In this document: positions 24,782 through 37,372 of the stretch, one piece after another | Layout of the letters: every line of letters begins with the position of its first letter | Numbering within the stretch: the stretch's first letter is position 1 | Origin: Malacoraja senta | Lineage: Eukaryota | NCBI GenBank assembly: GCA_038087875.1 | Contig: JAXLNO010001275.1 | Location: 186,001-250,000, forward strand | Direction: 5' to 3' | DNA length: 64,000 nucleotides | Position numbers and translations under genes: made by a program | The notes under the pieces: model-generated | Database searches by the model: none | What the model was told of the DNA's origin: nothing | The model's input: the letters and a program-made list of their open reading frames with translations, nothing else

Positions 24782-25042
24782 GGCCTCACACACTGATCTA
24801 TTACTACACCCTGAACCACGGGAGTACTCATCTACCAGAATATAGTGTCGTGGGTGTACTGGACGTTTGTGAGATACAGTATTATGACAAAAACATGGTA
24901 ATTACAGTTCCAAGACAGAAATGGATGGCGGCTGCATTTGACAGGAATTACTGGGTAACAAATACGGTCTCTGAAACTGGTTTCCATGGAATCATCAAAG
25001 GGCAAGTCGATGAATGGATGCGGAGGCAGAACGAAACAGCAA
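24782..25042 (+). CDS. MHC class I-like gene, alpha1 domain exon
   Basis: Polypyrimidine acceptor tttgtttctag, 261 nt open, donor GTTAGT. Translation (G)PHTLIYYYTLNHGSTHLPEYSVVGVLDVCEIQYYDKNMVITVPRQKWMAAAFDRNYWVTNTVSETGFHGIIKGQVDEWMRRQNETA has class I alpha1 hallmarks: H3, Y7, D29, PR..WM, YW, R84 and an N86-x-T sequon. Confidence 0.93.
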
Positions 25043-28000
25043 GTTAGTTCATTCATTTCTATACATTTGGAGTGTGATCAATGTTCATAAAAAAACACCT
25101 CAAAGAAATTTCTCGCTGTGCCAGAGACCCAGGTTTGATCCTGACTACACGTTCTCCCTGTGACCACAGATATTTCCTCCAGGTGCTCCGGTTTCGTCCC
25201 ATATCTTGAAAACGTGAGAGTTTGTAGGTTAATTGGGCTCTGTAAATTACTCTTGTGTGCTGAGAATGGGTGAGAAAGTGGGATTACATACATGTGTAGG
25301 AAGGAACTGAAGGTGCTGGTTTACAGCAAAGATAGGCACAATGTGCTGGAGTAACTCAGCGGGACAGGCAGCATCTCTGGATACAAGGAATGGATGACTT
25401 TTCAGGTCAAGACCCTTCCTCAGACAGAGTGTTCCCCCTGACTTACTCCAGCATTTTGTGTCCATTTTGGGATAACATAGAACTAGTGTGAAAGATGATC
25501 GATGGTTGGCATGGAATTGGTGGGCAGAATGGCCCGTTTCCATGCTAAGTCACTAACCTAAGAACTGCAGATGCTGCAAATGTGAAATAAAAACCAAAAA
25601 TGCCATTGTCTGATGGCTTCATTGTCAGTTTATCACCATGGAAACCTGTCATTACCTTATTAGTGATATGTCCAACCATGCCTCCCACTCCTGTCTGTAA
25701 CTTACACATTCTCACAATTCTGAAGCATTAATTTTGTTTCTCTTTCCATAGGTTCTGTTGAACTTGCTGTGTGTTCCAGCATTTTACAAATCATTGAAAT
25801 GTTGGTGGCTTTTTGAATGGTTAAAATCCCTTGCGTACCTCACCAATTGTTTTTACTTTTATTGACAAATTTTGAATGAAAAGTAGTGTGAAATATTTAA
25901 AGGATAACCTAAATGTCATTGTGGTTCAGCCGTAGTGATGGTGCCGTAGTGCCAGAGACCCAGGGTTGATCCTGGCCTCAGGTGCTGTCTGTACAGAGTT
26001 TGTACGTACTCCCCGTGACCTGCGTGGGATTTCCCCGGGTTCCCCGGTTTCCTCCCACACTCCAAGCCTGTATGCCAAAGGGGATCACTGGTCACTGTGG
26101 ACTCTAAGGGCTGTTTTCGTGCTATATCTCTAAATTATCTTGGGCACCAATTGTAAAGTAAGCTGTCCAAATCCATCTGCACCACACTTGTATATCCATA
26201 TAATTTGCAATTGGACATGTTTTATATTGTAAATCAATAAGTCCTATCACCATTACTGTGTTAATTCAATGACATTCGTAGTGTACCATTGAACAAAGCA
26301 GGACCAGGCGTGGGGGAACCATGGTGAGGTGGGGGGGGGGGGGACAAAGGAGGACCTGGTGTGGGAGACTTTATAACTTTGTCGGTGCCCTTTATGTGAA
26401 GAATCTTGACATACGTTGGGTTTACAAAACAAAGACTTTCACTGTGACTTGTCACATGTCACAATAAAGTATCATTCATTCATGATTAATTATTGCTGAA
26501 AACATTGCTTTTTGTTACCTCTTCGGTTACACATTAAACACATTATATTATTAATCTTTAACTGGACTAAAACAGGGTGAGGGTACAAACAGGGAACAAT
26601 ACATCAAAATATTATGCACTGGGCATAATTTCTATCAATTTTCCACATCTTGCAATATTTATTATTATTTTCAAATTATATGTGAATACATGTGAATGAC
26701 GTTTATTACATTATCATCTGATTCATTGAACCATGTTTATTGAATCATATTGCCTTCAAAAATATTTTTTTAATTTGCATTATTTATGGTGCACATATTA
26801 TCTGCAACATTGTTATGTTTATGAGATTTATGAGCATATTGTCGGGGCTCAATGGTGGGAACAAGAGGGAGAGATTGGGCAAGCCAGGGCTTTATTCCAT
26901 GGAGCACAGGAGGCTGAAAGGGTGATCATATAGTGGTGCTTAAAATCATGAGGGGAATTGATAGATGTATGCCCAGAGCCTTTTACCCAGAGAAGGGGAA
27001 TCAAATAACCAGAGGACATGGGTTGAATGTGAGAGGGGGAAGATTTAATTGGAACTTGGGGGCAAACTTTGTGCTCAGAGAGTGGTCAGCATATGGAATG
27101 ACCTGCCAGAGAATGGAGTTGCGGCAGGTACAATAACAATATTTAAAAGACACATGGACAGGGACATGCATAGGTAGATAAAAGTGCTGGAGAAACTCAG
27201 CGGTTGAGGCAGCATCTATGGAGCGAAGGAAATAGGCAACGTTTCGGGCCGAAAACCCTTCTTCAGACTGATGTGAGGGTGGGTGGGAGGGGGGGAGTGG
27301 GGCGCAGGAAGAAGAAAGGAAAAGGTGGAGCCAGTGGGCTGAGGGAGAGCTGAGTAGGGGAGGAGAAAGTAAGGACTACCTGAAATTAAAGAAGTCAATG
27401 TTCATACCGTTGGGGTGCAAACTGCCCAAGCGAAATATGAGGTGCTGCTCCTCCAATTTACGGTGGTCCTCACTCTGGCCATGGAGGAGGCCGAGGGCAG
27501 AAAGGTCGGATTTGGAATGGGAGGGGGGAGTTGAAGTGCTGATCCACCGGGAGATCAGGTTGGTTGTTGCGAACTGAGCGGAGGTGTTGGGCGAGGCGAT
27601 CGCCAAGCCTGCACTTGGTCTCACCGATGTAGAGCAGCTGACATCTAGAGAGAAACGTTTTGAATGATGTCTACCCATTGCAGGGTAAATGGGACTAGCT
27701 TAAATGGGGTATCTTGATTAGCATGGACAAGTTGGGCCAAAGGGCTTGTTTCCCTGCTGTGTGACTCTCTCTATGACTGCTTTATAGCAAAGAGCGCTGC
27801 TGTCTCACAGCTCCAGTGATCGGGTTCAATCATCTCCAGTGCAGTCTGTGTGGAGTATAAGCATTCTCCCTGTGACAATGTTTGTTCTCCAGTTTCCTCC
27901 CACATACCAAAATGTGCTGAATTAGTAGATTAAGCCACCGCTGCAAATAGGTGGATTTGTGGCATTGATAGAAATGAGAAAGATCCGTTTTGGGGAAAAT

Positions 28001-28574
28001 TAGTGTTGGAATAATTTTGTTCTCTGGGCTAGAGTGGGCTCAGGAGGCTGAAAGGCCTCTTTCTCTGTCACATGGATTTATGGGCCGTTATTTATCCTTG
28101 AATTGCCTTCTTTCTCAATTTAGTCAACAATGTAAAATTGAAGTAATTGTCTGGATTGAACTATTTAACAATTGTAGATGAAAGGAAGAGCAGAGGCTGC
28201 TTTCCTCCACACACAAAGTGCTAAGGAACTCAACGGGTCAAGCGGCATCTTTGGAGAACATGGGAAGGCAGATATTTCGGGTGAGGATCCTACTTCAGAC
28301 TGAAGTTGGGACACGTTAGAACATGCTTTGTACTCACACTTGCAGTCCAGTGTTAGTTTTCAAGGATTTTTTGTTATTCACAGCTTGTAGTTGTTACATA
28401 TTCAGCAGACAGAAGATGAGCAAACTAAAGCACCTGCAAAGCACAACTAAAAGACCGCAGAAAGAAGCTTGAAAAGAAGGCTCTTATCTAAACAAAGTAC
28501 TTTCAAGAGAGAGTTAGATTTAGCTCTTAAGGTGAAAGGAATCACGGGATATGGGGGAAAAGATTAGTTAAAAC

Positions 28575-30460
28575 AAATGTAGGTCCCTTGCAGTCAGAAA
28601 CAGGTGAATTGATCATGTGGAACAAGGACATGGCAGACCAATTGAATAACTACATTGGTTCTGTCTTCACTAAGGAAGACTTAATTAACTGCCGGAAAGA
28701 GCAGGGGACCGGGGGTCAAATGAGATGGAGGAATTGAGTGAAATCCAGGTTAGCCGGGAAGTGGTGTTAGGTAAATTGAATGGATTAAAGGCCGATAAAT
28801 CCCCAGGGCCAGATAGAGTGCATCCCAGAGTACTTAAGGAAGTAGCCCCAGAAATAGTGGATGCATTAGTGATAATTTTTCAAAACTCTTTAGATTCTGG
28901 AGTAGTTCCTGAGGATTGGAGGGTAGCTAATGTAACCACACTTTTTGAAAAGGGAGGGAGAGAGAAGTGGGGAACCTGCTAGAGTCAGTTATTAAAGATG
29001 GGATAGCAGCACATTAGGAAAATGGTGAAATCATTGGACAAAGTCAGCATAGATTTATGAAAGGTAAATCATGTCTGACGAATCTTATAGAATTTTTCGA
29101 GGATGTAACTAGTAGAGTGGATAAGGCAGAACCAGTGGATGTGTTATATCTGGACTTTCAGAAGGCTTTCGACAAGATCCAACATAAGTGATTAGTATAC
29201 AAACTTAAAGCACATGGTATTGGGGGTTCAGTATTGATGTGGATAGAGAACTTGCTGGCAGACAGGAAGCAAAGAGTAGGAGTAAACGGGTCCTTTTTAG
29301 AATGGCAGGCAGTGACTAGTGGGGTACCTCAAGGCTCAGTGCTGGGACCCCAGCTATTTACAATATATATTAATGATTTGGACGAGGGAATTGAATGCAA
29401 CATCTCCAAGTTTGCGGATGACACGAAGCTGGGGGGCAGTGTTAGCTGTGAGGAGGGTGCTAGGAGGCTGCAAGGTGACTTGGATAGGCTAGGTGAATGG
29501 GCAAATGCATGGCAGGTGCAGTATCATGTGGATAAATGTGTGGTTATCCACTTTGGTGGCAAAAACAGGAAAGTAGACTATTACCTGAATGGTGGCCGAT
29601 TAGGAAAAGGGGAGATGCAACGAGACCTGGGTGTCATGGTACACCAGTCATTGAAAGTAGGCATGCAGGTGCAGCAGGCAGTGAAGAAAGCGAATGGTAT
29701 GTTAACATTCATAGCAAAAGGATTTGAGTATAGGAGCAGGGAGGTTCTTCTGCAGTTGTTCAGGGTCTTGGTGAGACCACACCTGGAGTATTGCCTACAG
29801 TTTTGGTCTCCTAATCTGAGGAAGGACATTGTTGCCATAGAGGGAGTACAGAGAAGGTTCACCAGACTGATTCCTGGGATGTCAGGACTTTCATATGAAG
29901 AAAGACTGGATACACTCTGCTTGTATTCGCTAGAATTTAGAAGATTGAGGGGGGATCTTATAGAAACTTACAAAATTCTTAAGGGGTTGGACAGGCTAGA
30001 TGCAGGAAGATTGTTCCCGATGTTGGGGAAGTCGAGAACAAGGGGTCACAGTTTAAGGATAAAGGGGAAATCTTTTAGGACTGAGATGAGAAAAACATTT
30101 TTTACACAGAGAGTGCTGAATCTCTGGAATTCTCTGCCACAGAATGTAGTTGAGGCCAGTTCATTGGCTATATTTAAGAGGGAGTTAGATGTGGCCCTTG
30201 TGGCTAAAGGGATCAGGGGGTATGGAGAGAAGGCAGGTACAGGATACTGAGTTGGATGATCAGCCATGATCATATTGAATGGCGGTGCAGGCTCGAAGGG
30301 CCGAATGGCTTGCTCCTGCACCTATTTTCTGTGTTTCTATGTTTCTAAAAGCAGGAATGGGGTACTGATTCTAGATGCAGGCATGATCATATTGAATGGC
30401 GGTGCTGGCTCGAATGGCCGAATGGCCTGCTCCTGTGCCTATTTTTCTATGTTTCTATAA
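28575..30460 (+). mobile_element. CR1 LINE, 5'-truncated, RT domain with duplicated 3' tail
   Basis: KSPGPDRVHPRVLKE (28725-28982), YLDFQKAFD region, and ORF 29234-30250 with GVPQGSVLGP and FADD. The tail is repeated at about 30350-30460. Confidence 0.92.
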
Positions 30461-30940
30461 TTAGTATACATTCGGCTATTGGTGGTGTTTCTTGAAAACA
30501 CGAAGACGAGAGAATGTAAAGGATCTGCAGAACAACTAAAAGACTGCAGAAAGCACCTTGAAAAGGAGGCTCTTCATCTATACAACATAATTATGTTTTA
30601 TTCAGCTATCATTGTTTGTAGAGTTTCTTATTGGTATGAAAACATCATCCAAGTTTTGACCCTTCCATATTACTCCTGGTCCCAGGGGCATGGTTGGCAT
30701 TAGCTCATTACATTCATCCTAATAAAGGGTTGGTGTTCACAGTTGTGCCTAGATTTTTATCAATTACAACCTTGAGTTCACAAACTGTTCTTTGTCTCTG
30801 GGCTAAAGTTCACAGACTCTCCTTTTCAAGGAGTGAGCAGTTTTAAGCAAACTGACTTCAGCAAATCCTTACAAATTCCATCACCCCCCCCCCACTTTGA
30901 TTCATCAATCAATGCCAGAGGGAATGAATCATCTAAGTAA

Positions 30941-31622
30941 AGGGGCCTGTCCCACTTACGTGTCCTTGGAATGCAAATTACGCGTTGAGCCACGATGGTC
31001 CGGCGAAGGTCGGGTGCGATTACATGCGTACGCACAGCCGTCTGGAGCGCGTGACGTTATTTGAAGATGGACACAAAGCTGGAGTAAGCCAATGGGACCG
31101 GCAGCATCTCTGGAGAGAAGCAATGGGTGACGTTTCATGTCGAGACTCTTCTTCAGTCTGAAAAGAAGGGTCTTGACCCGAAACATCACCCATTGCTTCT
31201 CTCCAGAGATGCTGCCGGTCCCGCTGAGTTACTCCTGCATTTCGTGTCTATCTTCAATTTACTTGGCCCCGCTCTGGGAGTAGAAGTGGGGGCGGATCCG
31301 GACTGCAACGGCTGTGAGCCCCAGGCCGAGTTCGGCGATCGTTCGCCTGCTTCTGCTCCTGTTGAAAGTGAGACTTTGCGTCGCGCCAGGGTCTTGGGCC
31401 TGTCCCACTTTGGCCGTCAGTTCCGCGACAGGCCGTTGGCGCGCGAAGATTTCGTTCACTACAAAATTATTGGAGCCCCGCGCGATGTCGCGCACAACTC
31501 CATACCCCTCCGCGCTTCCAAGTGGGACCGGCCCCGCGCGGCCATACGATGCCCGTGCGCCTCAACGCGACCACAAGGTCGCATAATTTGTGTGCCAAGG
31601 ACACGTAAGTGGGACAGGCCCT
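30941..31622. mobile_element. PIF/Harbinger-type MITE
   Basis: TIRs aggg(g)cctgtcccacttacgtgtccttgg and ccaaggacacgtaagtgggacaggccct, TAA target-site duplication (30938-30940 and 31623-31625), CpG-rich interior, no transposase. Confidence 0.85.
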
Positions 31623-32619
31623 TAAGAATACCAAGGAAAGGTAGCGCAGCTACACATCACTGGATATCTTTAACCTGTTCAATGCCACCGCCGAGTACAC
31701 TAGGGGTCATGGCCAATAGTGAAAAATAAACTTGGCAGTGAACAGCTTAATGGTCTCCATATTTTAGAGAAAGCCTTCAATGCCCATGAGGGGTGAGCCT
31801 TATTATATCTATGTTTCTCTAAATATAGGAAGCACTTTTGTGGTAAAAGATGGGGCAGCTCGGGCCTCGAAAAGATCCAACCTTATGTGCAGCTTTATAT
31901 TTGTTTATATGCAATAAGCAAAAAGAACACAATAGAAGATAAAACATGATAATAATTATAAGCAAAGCCAAGAGATCGTGGCCTTACACGAGTTGCTGCC
32001 TTGCAGCACCAGAGACCCTGGTTTGAACCTGACTACGAGTGGTGACTGTACGGAGTTTGCATGTTCTCCCCGTAACCTGTGTGGCTTTTCTCTGAGATGT
32101 AGGTAAATTGGCTTGGTATAAATGTAAATTGTCCCTAGTGTGGGCTGAAGGGCCTGTTTCAGCACTGTATCTCCAAAGCAGTGGTTCTTAACCTGGGGGT
32201 CGTGACCCCCATGGGGGTCGTTTGGGGTTTTTCCGGGGGTCATGAAGGGGTTGTAAAGAACATCAATTTGTTGAGCCTATTTTTAGGAACCTAACAAAGG
32301 TACAGACCACACACAGTATTTTGTTCACGAATGCGCTTACGTATACACAGGGCCTATGAGAGGGGGGTGCAGGGGGTACATCGTATGCGGGCCCAGAGTC
32401 CAAATCGGAGCCCGGGAGCTGAAGGAGGGGGGATGGGAATTTCCTGAAATCTCAGAAAATGTCTGCATATATTTTGTGAAGACTAGCATTTACATTTTGT
32501 GCCTTCGGAGTTTTATATATTGTAATTCGTAGAAATTGTGATCCATAATAAAGCAGGGAATTTTAACTGGCGGGTGTGTGGTCGGGGTAACCTGATTAAA
32601 AGAGGGGGAAGGGGAAGAC

Positions 32620-33040
32620 CTATCACTACTGATGGATCTTCCCTGTAGGAGGAGGGAGAGCACTAGGACCCAACAGAGTCATCACTACTGATGGATCTTC
32701 CCTGCAGGAGGAGGGAGAGCACTAGGACCCAGCTGACCGATGGATCTGCCCTATAGGGGGGGAGCACTAGGACCCAGCAGAGTCATCACTACTGATTGAT
32801 CTTCCCTGCAGGAGGAGGGAGAGCACTAGGACCCAGCTGACCGATGGATCTGCCCTATAGGGGGGAGAGCACTAGGAGCCAGCAGAGTCATCACTACTGA
32901 TGGATCTTCCTGTAGGGGGAGGGGGACTAGGAGCCAGCTGACCGATGGATCTGCCCCATAGGGGGGGGAGCACTAGGGGCCAGCAGAGTCATCACTACTG
33001 ATTGATCTTCCCTGTAGGGGGAGGGGGACTAGGAGCCAGC
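32620..33040. repeat. Higher-order minisatellite with two alternating units (about 57 bp and 45 bp)
   Basis: Repeated atcactactgatggatcttccctg(c/t)aggaggagggagagcactaggaccc alternating with agctgaccgatggatctgccctatagggggg...cactagg. Confidence 0.9.
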
Positions 33041-33299
33041 AGAGTTAGACCACGTGCTGCCTGCATGGTGGAGGTTGTGGGCCTGGTGCTGAACCGGGAA
33101 GGTGACGACTCTGGCCCGCTGGTGGCCGGTGGAGAGGCAAGTGTCGGCGGAGTCGCTGGAGGAGGCCCGTGGGGAGCTGGAGTAGAGATATGGGCTTTCC
33201 AGCGACAGTGGCTGTGGTGTCCCCGCCCGGGGAGGTGGTGAGAGTCGGCAGCCACGGCTGTTTCAGTGGTCCGGGCCTGCGTTTGGGTGGGGGTGGGGG

Positions 33300-33645
33300 T
33301 GTTTGTCTGGGAGAGTGGGCGTGGGTAAGGGGGTGGATTTGTGTGGGTGGGTGTGAGTGGGTGTGGGTCAGTGTGGGTGGGTGGGTGTGAGTGGGTGTGT
33401 GTGTGTGTGTGTGTGGGTGGGGGGGGTGTATGTGAGTAGGTGTGTGTGTGTGTGTGTGTGGATGTGTTTGGGTGTATGTGAGTAGGTGAGTGAAGGTGTG
33501 TGTGTGTGGGGGGGTGTATGTGAGTAGGTGTGGGTGTGTGTGTGTGTGGATGTGTTTGGGTGTATGTGAGTAGGTGAGTGTGTGGGGGTGTATGTGAGTA
33601 GGTGAGTGAGTGTGTGTCTGAGTGTAAGTGTGTGTTAGTGGGAGG
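33300..33645. repeat. (GT)-rich micro/minisatellite
   Basis: gtgt runs interspersed with gtgtatgtgagtaggt units. Confidence 0.9.
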
Positions 33646-36600
33646 GTGAATTTTATAAATGAAGTTAAAACCATTAGATCTGTTGAACTTGTTAACAGAC
33701 TATTGACTTGGTAACCTGTTTCCAAATGTTTGTGTTAGCTTCAGAATACTATTAACAATTCCAGCAACAGTAGCTTCTGCAGAGGTCATTTAGCAAACTC
33801 AAGCTGATTAAGAATTATTTAAGGTCGACAATGTCTCATGAATGTCTTGTGGATTTGGCCAGGCTAAGTATTCAAAGTTAAAGTCAGTTTTATTCATCAC
33901 ATACACCCGAAGGTGCAGTGAAGTGAATTTGCCAGCAGTGATACACGTAAAAAGAACACACAATACACAATAAAATTGAACACAAACATCCACTACAGCA
34001 TTCTTCACTGTGGTGGAAGGCAACAAGTTTCAGCAAGTCCTCCTCCTTTGTTCACCCGTGTTCGGGGCCATAACCCCTCCGTAGTCGCCGCTAGGGACGG
34101 CCCGATGTACAAGGCCCTCTCGTCGGGATGATCCAAACTCCGACGTTGGGACGGACAAACACACTCTGTGGCTTGGAGGTCCCGACTCGGCACTTTCCTA
34201 CTGGAGACCGCAGCTTCAGGATGTTATAGGCATCAGGCCAGCGGTTTTGCGGTTAAATATAAAAGGATGTTTCAATGTGAATTCTTTCTCCTTATCTGTA
34301 TTGTAGCATAAACAAAGATGGTCAAAACAAAGGTAGATAAAATGCTGGAGAAACTCAATGGGTGAGGCAGCATCTATAGAGTGAAGGAAAACAAATGTGC
34401 TTTCTGATCCTTTTATGTTATTTATACTTATTTATATTTATCATGGAGGGTGTATAGGGACATAAGGCCTCAAATGCAGAAAATCAACAGAGCGCCCCAT
34501 TCCACCCCTCTCTCAACTTCCATACCCCTTTTTGCCGTGCAGGCTCCAGCTCATGGCATAAAACTGTAGCATAGTGGATAAAAACAGGATGACTAATGGA
34601 GAAGGGAAGGGGGCCCAAAATAAACTTTGTATCCACTGATAAAATTCCTGTGAGGCCCTGCGTATACACGCACAAACAGTGTATGTTGTGAACCATGTCT
34701 TCCAAGATGCGCATGTATAGTGAAGCATTTCACAAGTTGGGCTTCACAAGCATTGTTCAAAATCCGTGGTCAAGCCGCAATGTGTTCTCTGTGCCAAGGT
34801 TTTGAGTCACGAGAGCATGAAGCCCAGCAAACTGAAGATCCATTTGGAGTCTTGTCACAGTAACCTGGCGGGGAAGAGCGTGGACTCTTTCAAACGAAAA
34901 GAAGCCATAACTCAAGGGATCTCGCATCTATTCAACGGGTAACTGTGCTCATCAAAATGAAGCAGCGTTGGAGGCTTCATACCGGATTGCTTATCGAATC
35001 ACACAGACTAAGAAACCTCACAGCATCGGTGAAGAGCTTATCAAGCCATGCCTTCTCGAAGCAGCAAAGTTGGTGCTGGGGGAACAGCAGTCAAACAAGT
35101 TCAGGCAGATTTCCCTTTTGAATGACACAGTCAAAAGTTGAATCTCGGATATGAGTAATGATATTCTGCTGCAAGTAGTGAGGGCTGTGACGAGCAGTCC
35201 AGTGTATTCACTGCAACTGGGTGAGTCAACAGATGTTGCCTCATGTTCCCAACTGCTAGTCTACATTCGTTACCTCAATGGAGGAGTACCTGTTCTCGGA
35301 GCCATTGGCTACTACCACTCGGGGAGAAGATGTGTTCAGAATGCTGGAAGCCTTCCTCATCAAACATGAGCTAGGCTGGGAATGCCTTGTCGGGATGTGT
35401 ACAGTTGGGGCACCTTCCATGGTCGGTTGCAGATCCGGTTTCCAAGCCTTCGTGAAGGATGTCGCTCCCCATGTCTCCTTTACCCACTGCATGATACATC
35501 GCCATGCTTTAGCGATGAAGACTCTCCCTCTTGGTCTTCTAGAAGTGCTTTCAGATGTGGTGAAGATTGTGAACCACATCCGAGAGAGTGCAACAAACTC
35601 AAGAATCTTCAAAGCGATGTGAAGAAATGGGCGCCGATTTCACTATTCTGTTATTCCACACAGAAGTGCGCTGGCTTTCGCACTGGTAAAGTTCTCAATC
35701 ATGTGATTCAACGTTGAGAGGAAATAGTGTTGTTCTTGGAGAGAAGGGGTACTGTGAAGGAGAATCAGCTTCATGAAAAGATGCAGGTTGAACTGTTCGT
35801 GATGAAGGTTGCTTACTTGGCTGACTTCTTCGCTGAGGTGAATTCCTTGAACCTGTCACTTCAAGGAAACCTCCCAATGGCAAAGTGGCAGCATTCAGGA
35901 GGAACCTTTACCAGAGAAGAGTCCAGGACGGTGACTCGACTATCTTCCCTGAGATGATAACTCTCCTGGATGCTATGCCTGATGCTGAATGCCACTTCCA
36001 CGAGGAGATCTCAACCCACCTTCTGGCAATTAGTGAAGCCATCGAACGTTATTTCCCCGGACGGGACGACCGCTCTCGTGATCAGTGGATCATCCGACCC
36101 TTTTCCGTTGAAGACGGTGGCATCAGTGATACTGACGTGACTGCGAAGGTTGAATTTTACTGAATTCGTGAAGATGCGCAACTCAAGAGTGACTTCATGG
36201 AACAAGAGCTCGCCACGTTTTGGCTGAAAGTGAAGGACTGTCCTGCTCTTTCGAAGAGGGCCCTGACCCTATTGGTCCAGTCCCCCTCAACCTCTCACTG
36301 TGAGGGTGGATTCTCAACTATGGTAACTCTGAAAACGAAGGTACGCAATAGGCTTGTGATCGACACTGACATGAGATGCTGCCTGTCGAGCATTCGTCCA
36401 TGTTTTGATTGCCGGATGACTGGGAAGCAATTTCAGCCATCCCATTGACTGAGCATTGGCAGACATGTTTTAATAAATCGGGCTGTTTTTTTTCAAATTT
36501 TGTTTTAGAGGTCACGGTACTGATCAAGAATGCCTGATGGGGTCGTGGGGCCAAAAAGATTAAGAACCACTGCTCTAAAGCTTAAAACTAAAGGGGCTAA

Positions 36601-36654
36601 TAAAGGCCACAAAGTGGCTTTAGTGAGTCGGATTACAGAAAATCCCACATCTTT

Positions 36655-37372
36655 TTCAAGGTTTCATGGTTAGTTTATTGTCACATATACCAATTAAGGT
36701 ACATTGAAATGCAGACTACCATACACCATACAAAAAGAAAGCAACAAGACACACAATAACGTAAAAGTTAACATAAACATCCACAACAGAGGAGACCGCA
36801 CGTTCCTTACTGTGATGGAAGGCAATAAAGTCTAATCTCCTTCCTCTTTATCTCCCGCAGTCGGGGCAATCAAACAATCTGCAGTCGGTGGTCGAAACCC
36901 CCCGTTGGGGAATTGAAACTCCCACGTCGGAGCGGTCGGAGCGGTCGAAACTCCTGCGGCTTGGAGGTCCCAGATGTCGGTCTCGATCGGGGACCGCGGG
37001 CTCCGCGATGTTAAAGTCTTGCAGGCTCTCACAGTTGGAGCCCTAAAGTCGATCCCTGACAGGGATTGCGAGCTCCATGATGGTAAGTCCACAGGCTCCT
37101 GCAATGGATCTCCCGGTCGATCTCTAGCAAAGGCCGCCATTCATCAATGTTAGGCCGCATTGTGGACGGAGATACGATACAGAAAATATCACATCAACGT
37201 CGAGGTAAGAGATTAGGAAAAGTTTCCCACAACTCCCCCAACCCCCACCCCCAAAACAAGCTAAAGAACACTAAAGAATATACATTTAACACGTACAAAA
37301 CAGACACAAGGAAGGAAGGGACAGACATACTGTTGGCGAGGCAACCATTGCAGCAAAAGGTGGATTGCTTAA
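36655..37372 (-). mobile_element. CpG-rich non-autonomous retroelement with a Rex/L2-type 3' tail
   Basis: Shares its tail (gtgacaataaa plus short repeats) and the aacatcc...cactgtg(a/g)tggaaggc block with copies at 33865-34220, 38783-39628 and 41620-42125. Confidence 0.6.

Larger units (their letters stand above)
32348..34660 (+). mobile_element. Second, non-autonomous hAT element nested in the first
   Basis: Termini cagggcct and aggccctg, perfect 8-bp TSD cgtataca (32340-32347 and 34661-34668). A hAT dimerisation-domain remnant lies at about 33721-33872 (RILLTIPATVASA..SFSKLKLIKNYLRSTMS). Confidence 0.85.
32179..36572 (+). mobile_element. hAT (Buster/Charlie-like) DNA transposon with degraded transposase
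   Basis: TIRs cagtggttcttaa and ttaagaaccactg, 8-bp TSD ctccaaag/ctctaaag. Frameshifted transposase at about 34713-36448 (KLGFT...QCVLCAKVLSHESMKPSKLK, SLQLGESTDVA, HCMIHRHALA, CEGGFSTMVTLKTKVRNRL). Confidence 0.92.

Noticed and set aside
25752-25870. Strong acceptor (tttctctttccatag) followed by a frame containing EWLKSL, reminiscent of the alpha2 end
   Set aside because: The required phase-1 frame stops after about 21 codons, the EWLKS frame is the wrong phase and too short, and the first part is a decayed Penelope repeat.
31127-31729. 200-aa ORF and other GC-rich ORFs at 38886-39516 and 41765-42184
   Set aside because: They lie entirely within CpG-rich non-coding transposon bodies and show no domain motifs.
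32620-33040. CRISPR-like repeat array
   Set aside because: Eukaryotic context, no unique spacers, no cas genes; it is a minisatellite inside a hAT element.
33045-33725. 226-aa His/Thr-rich ORF
   Set aside because: Translation of the reverse complement of a (GT)n satellite.
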